Source: Patellaria atrata CBS 101060
Lineage: Eukaryota
NCBI GenBank assembly: GCA_010093705.1
Contig: MU006103.1
Coordinates: 1 to 64,000 of the forward strand
Direction of reading: 5' to 3'
Length of the DNA: 64,000 nucleotides
The notes under the pieces were generated by a model. That model did not search any database. It was not told where the DNA came from and was given only the letters and a program-made list of their open reading frames with translations. Below are positions 59,764 through 64,000 of this stretch, in pieces (positions within the stretch are counted from its first letter, which is position 1; each line of letters begins with the position of its first letter). Position numbers and translations under genes: made by a program.

Positions 59764-62700
59764 TCATTGCCCCCGGAAAAGAAAATCATGATGCTGCTGC
59801 TGCTGCTGCTGTTGTTGTTGATGAGGCTGTATGTATTGTGGTACTGCTTGGTATTGATTGTGATTAACTTGGGAATTAACATTCTGGTTATAACCTAGAC
59901 TGGATTGATCAACACCAGACATGCTCGTTGCCATTGATGTGCTTGACACGTTTGTTTGAAAGTAGGTAGATGGGAGATCGTTTCCGCCAAATGGAGTCGT
60001 GTCCACTGGAGAGGAATATACTTGTTGTTGTCCGTAAGCTGTTCTTATTGGTGTGATAGAAGGTACAAATCTCCCGTTGATGTTCGAACTATAGTTGCTG
60101 TGCCCTTCCTGAGCTATGAAAGCATTTGCTGGTAAAGTTTGCGGTTTTGAGGGAACGTTTAAACCTGGATATGAATGAATGGCGTAGTTAGTTTCGGCCT
60201 GGACGGGATATGAATAATTTGATTGCTGTGCGGCGGTTTGTGGTTTGTAATTGCTAACAAATTGTGGAGGCGGATAAGTGTGCATACTTCCGGCTGATAC
60301 TGGAGTCGAGGAGCCTGTGCCAAAAGGAGTATATCCGACGGTCAGATTTGTCCTAGAGGTAGGATTTGAGGATGAAATGTTGTACTGAGGTAGGTAACCT
60401 GTTGAGTGCGCTGAAGGATTTTGTGCAGTTTTTGCGACAGGAGAAACGGATGAATATGGAAGCGCATCGATAGGGGAAATAATAGTATCAGCACTGATCT
60501 GTCTTTGATCAACTAGTGTTAGAATCGGCATGCTAATCTGTTCCATATGTTTTGCCAAATGAACGGTCAACTTCTTCCAGCTATTGCAAATGTTACCACA
60601 GAATCTGCAACGTTCGTCTTTTGGCTGCTTAGTGGTATCACGGCGACAGCTTTCAACCCTGTCCCATACCTCATCTGAAGCGGTTCGTGGACCATCTCGA
60701 GCTACTGCATTGGCTGTCTTCCCTGTCCGCGCTTTGGGCTCTGGGATTTTGTGCTCGCGAACAAGATGCTGTACAAAGTTGTCTTTTCTGTAACATGTAT
60801 GAGTGCATTCGCCATAATTGCAGGTCCAATTCTCTAGCTGTCTGTGGCGTTCATTCTCGTGTCTAACCCAATCAGCTTTCCGTTTGAATGACTTAGGTTC
60901 TCCACAACTAGGGAATGTGCAAGTGAAGGGCTGGACGTCCTCGTGGACGTGCTTCGTCCAATCTGATGGTTTGTAGAATTTCTTGACCTTAAAGCAAAGT
61001 GGGCATTCGAATTCGGCAGGTAGTCTCTTCACGGGTGGTAAGGGCACTCCGGCGGGAAATTGTGCTGCAACTATGGTTCCTTCACTGGTAACTTCAATAT
61101 CTTCGTCAGAACAGCCAGGCTGTATGATCTGGAAACCTATGAACGGTGCTTCCGAGTCTTTGTTGGTAACACGGGGTGGAAGAGCTACTGAAGAACCTCC
61201 TAGAGCGGTACAGAATTTACCAGATGAACATTTACCATTCCTGATGGCTTTCATATGCTTAACGCGGAATTCCAACAATCTTTTGTACCGCCTTATTTGT
61301 TCTTGAGTGATCCTTTCAATCATATACACTTCTAATCGTGGATTGAGTTCCCGGGCGTGGTCCTTGAAGCCCTCTAAAGTGGGAATGATGGGATCGGAGC
61401 GAACGGTAAGATCCATCGTAATAGCATCTTGCCCTAAAGCGTCATCGTCATTATCATCATCGCTATCTTTCGCGTTTGAGGGTTGCATTGGAGGCTTTTC
61501 GGGATCATTTGGTGTGGCAAGCGCAAGCATAGGCGGACCTCCGTGCTTTTCCATGAGCTCTTTCAGACCTTTCCCTTTGCCAATATCACTTCGACTTCGA
61601 CTTCGCCTGATCACATTCTTAGCCGAATTCCACGCGCCTGATGGCGTAGTCGTGGTAACAGCACTTCCGAGAGTCCCCTCCTTGGAGGAACTAGACAGAT
61701 TTGTATCGATACGAGGAGATTTAGGCCGTCCCCAACTTCCTACGCGTTTGGGTGCGATACTGGCCGTGGGTGACAATGTCAAATCCTTCTCTGTCGGCAA
61801 GGTGCCTTTCCTTTTAAGTACATTACTGCTATTGGTCCTTTTAGGTAGAATGTTATCTAGGAAGCTGCCTCGTCGTTCTCGTTTGGGTTCCTTGGGTTTA
61901 AGTCTTTCTGGTTCTGGAATCAGCTGTCTCGAAATGCCACCAGAAGCATAGACGCTCCCAATCTCAGACTCTGAGCGTCGACGTGCTGAACCCAGTGTTG
62001 CTGCAAGAGATGCCGTCTCGATGTCTCTGGCTCGCTGCCAGAATTTCATCATTGCAGCATTTGATGTAGGAGGTTGATACCGGCCACCGTGAGGTGCAAG
62101 GGCAGTTGTCGCATCTATCCATGGGCGGGTCACACTACTATCGGGAATGTTCGAATCTTGAGTGGATTTAGATGGGAAATATCCGCTATCCTCATCTAGA
62201 TACTCAACTTCTACATCCGCCGGGGGAGAGTCTGGTTGATCGTCCGCATCATTATCATAATCTTCTCCAAAATCACTCCTTTCATCGATGTAAAGGCCAG
62301 GGCCAGGAATCTTTGAGTCATCATAAATCATAGTTTGCACATCAATCCCCGAGGTCCCATTAAAAGTTTCACGAATAGCTACGTCATTCGCACTTTTCGC
62401 TCTACGTCTATTCACGATCTTCTTAGAACGTACTCCTGGGTCTGGTGGTGGAGGCTCTCCAGTCTCACTGCCAACCTTACTTCGTGTGAGCCACTCAGCA
62501 ACCTCAAGCTTCTTCTCATCAGCTTTTCGTTGTTCTTCTTGTTCCTTGAGTGTAGGCACATAAACATCTGCTAGTTGATGTCTCGTGTCCGGGTCGAGTC
62601 CTGCCTGACCTGAGCTGGATGGTATTCGCCATGAACCATCATCATTCCGAAGTGTGGGCTGGACAACATGAGCAAGCTCTGATGTTGATGTGGTAAGATC

Positions 62701-63756
62701 AATAGTTGGTTCTAGTTGCTCTTCTTCGTCTGAAGAATCATCAACTGGATACGGTGAGAGATGAGTTCCGGATCTTTTACTACCATGACTTCGTTTGCTC
62801 CGACTCCGGTTCATCGAGCCTCTGGAGGGTGACTCTTCGCGACTATAATTCTCGACACGAACAATAGGGCTCACAAGGTGTGCAGCCATGATCGGTCCAC
62901 TTGCAAGCGAACTACTTGCTGGACTTTCAGTACGGGCTGGACTGTGTTGCTGCTTGTTGCTCGTAACCAGACGTGCATTTAAGGGAGCATTTGCTAGCAT
63001 GGAACCATTGGTCTGAAAAGGGTCGGCTGGCGGTAACTGGGTCGTAGTGGCGTGTGGAGGTGATGAGAAGGACTCATTTTTTAGTCCAGGGCTTGAAGTA
63101 TTTGTCAGGCTTGGAGACAATAGTTGGGATCCAGAATATACTGACGCTGGCGGGATGTGGTGAGTGCTTTGATACTGGAGGGAAGAAGTGTCGTTCATGT
63201 CACTAATTTGAGTACTAGTGGTCAAATAATTGTTATCGTAATCGCTTGGATTTGTGTCGTCGAGGTTAAGCATTGGGCCAAATTGGGTGTCAAGAAATTG
63301 ATCATCGAATGTCGGGGTGGTGTAATGACTATTGTAATCCGCGTAATTAGGGTCAGATAGATATCCTTCAGAGCTCAACTGTTCTGTAATCGAACCCGAT
63401 GGCGAAAAGGTTGATTGAGCTTGAGATAAAGGGATCATATCCGGTTGTTGCAAATAATTGTTTGACTGAGAAAGGAAATTCTGGTTTGCTAGATCGGATG
63501 CAGTGAAAGCGTATGAATTTTCAGACTGAGAAATGCCTTGCACTCTGCCATTGGGATCAGTGAAATCCCCTTGTGGGAAACTATGGATATCCATCGAAGG
63601 ATTCTGGTTCCCCGTAAAGGACAAACTAGCGGACGGATCCGCCGGAAAATGACTCTCTAGAGCTTGGTCGGGAATGAAGTTGATATTCTGGTGGTTGGAG
63701 TTCTGATGTAAACGCTCATGGCTGTTCTGCCTCTTGGTATTCATTTGAGCTGACAT
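59764..63756 (-). CDS. C2H2 zinc-finger transcription factor-like protein (1330 aa, intronless)
   Basis: FECPLCF..SDWTKHVHED, FTCTFPSC..FKRKADWVRHENERH, WTCNYGEC..RKDNFVQHLVREH, CRFCG..LTVHLAKH; S/P/Q-rich flanks, poly-Q tail. Confidence 0.9.
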   Translation of the reverse strand: MSAQMNTKRQNSHERLHQNSNHQNINFIPDQALESHFPADPSASLSFTGNQNPSMDIHSFPQGDFTDPNGRVQGISQSENSYAFTASDLANQNFLSQSNNYLQQPDMIPLSQAQSTFSPSGSITEQLSSEGYLSDPNYADYNSHYTTPTFDDQFLDTQFGPMLNLDDTNPSDYDNNYLTTSTQISDMNDTSSLQYQSTHHIPPASVYSGSQLLSPSLTNTSSPGLKNESFSSPPHATTTQLPPADPFQTNGSMLANAPLNARLVTSNKQQHSPARTESPASSSLASGPIMAAHLVSPIVRVENYSREESPSRGSMNRSRSKRSHGSKRSGTHLSPYPVDDSSDEEEQLEPTIDLTTSTSELAHVVQPTLRNDDGSWRIPSSSGQAGLDPDTRHQLADVYVPTLKEQEEQRKADEKKLEVAEWLTRSKVGSETGEPPPPDPGVRSKKIVNRRRAKSANDVAIRETFNGTSGIDVQTMIYDDSKIPGPGLYIDERSDFGEDYDNDADDQPDSPPADVEVEYLDEDSGYFPSKSTQDSNIPDSSVTRPWIDATTALAPHGGRYQPPTSNAAMMKFWQRARDIETASLAATLGSARRRSESEIGSVYASGGISRQLIPEPERLKPKEPKRERRGSFLDNILPKRTNSSNVLKRKGTLPTEKDLTLSPTASIAPKRVGSWGRPKSPRIDTNLSSSSKEGTLGSAVTTTTPSGAWNSAKNVIRRSRSRSDIGKGKGLKELMEKHGGPPMLALATPNDPEKPPMQPSNAKDSDDDNDDDALGQDAITMDLTVRSDPIIPTLEGFKDHARELNPRLEVYMIERITQEQIRRYKRLLEFRVKHMKAIRNGKCSSGKFCTALGGSSVALPPRVTNKDSEAPFIGFQIIQPGCSDEDIEVTSEGTIVAAQFPAGVPLPPVKRLPAEFECPLCFKVKKFYKPSDWTKHVHEDVQPFTCTFPSCGEPKSFKRKADWVRHENERHRQLENWTCNYGECTHTCYRKDNFVQHLVREHKIPEPKARTGKTANAVARDGPRTASDEVWDRVESCRRDTTKQPKDERCRFCGNICNSWKKLTVHLAKHMEQISMPILTLVDQRQISADTIISPIDALPYSSVSPVAKTAQNPSAHSTGYLPQYNISSSNPTSRTNLTVGYTPFGTGSSTPVSAGSMHTYPPPQFVSNYKPQTAAQQSNYSYPVQAETNYAIHSYPGLNVPSKPQTLPANAFIAQEGHSNYSSNINGRFVPSITPIRTAYGQQQVYSSPVDTTPFGGNDLPSTYFQTNVSSTSMATSMSGVDQSSLGYNQNVNSQVNHNQYQAVPQYIQPHQQQQQQQQQHHDFLFRGQ

Positions 63757-63920
63757 ATTGGTAACTGATAAATTGGCAACAACAGCCTAGACGCTCATTA
63801 CTGTACAATACCTATTTGATTTCATTGTAAGTAAACACCAGGGATTTATATTCAACATTAGAGAGGGAGTATGTACCAGGTATAAGTTCGATCATCTGCG
63901 ACTCATATTACGGCGCCATT

Positions 63921-63953
63921 CGAGGGGCACGAGGGGGCACGAGGGGGCACGAC
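63921..63953. repeat. 10-bp tandem repeat (CGAGGGGGCA) x3 upstream of the 1330-aa gene
   Basis: Directly visible; each unit contains AGGGG/CCCCT. Confidence 0.85.
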
Positions 63954-64000
63954 GTCTATTAAGCGGGACGCGAAACTGAATCACCACGAGAGAAAGAGGA

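Noticed and set aside
59790..59822. CAG/CAA repeat
   Set aside because: Ordinary poly-Q tract within a transcription factor.

Overview
Eukaryotic DNA from a filamentous ascomycete (Pezizomycotina; intron-rich, GT..CTRAY..AG introns). Region 1-8.8 kb is a transposon nest: two related Ty3/gypsy LTR elements (- strand), a decayed Tad1-type LINE, a 13-bp minisatellite and an NB-ARC (NLR-like) pseudogene disrupted by a solo LTR. Both gypsy elements have a PBS complementary to their own LTR (Tf1-like self-priming). One joins gag to pol through an in-frame UAG, the other through a -1 frameshift site. Region 9.8-48 kb is mostly housekeeping genes: FUN30, VMA21, DUF2406, RPP0, RPC25, CitE-like lyase, TVP23, two tandem GPI cell-wall paralogs, dynein intermediate chain, ATP synthase e, CGR1, ORT1-like carrier, PXMP4 and PMA1. 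It also holds an unexplained tRNA-headed Pol III-like unit at 24.8-25.0 kb. Region 49-64 kb is a co-oriented cluster of six C2H2 zinc-finger loci. Three are copies of a two-finger mini-protein in different states of decay, and one large gene carries an internally duplicated zinc-finger exon plus intron. All calls come from reading the sequence and motifs by eye. No database searches were run, and exon boundaries are inferred.
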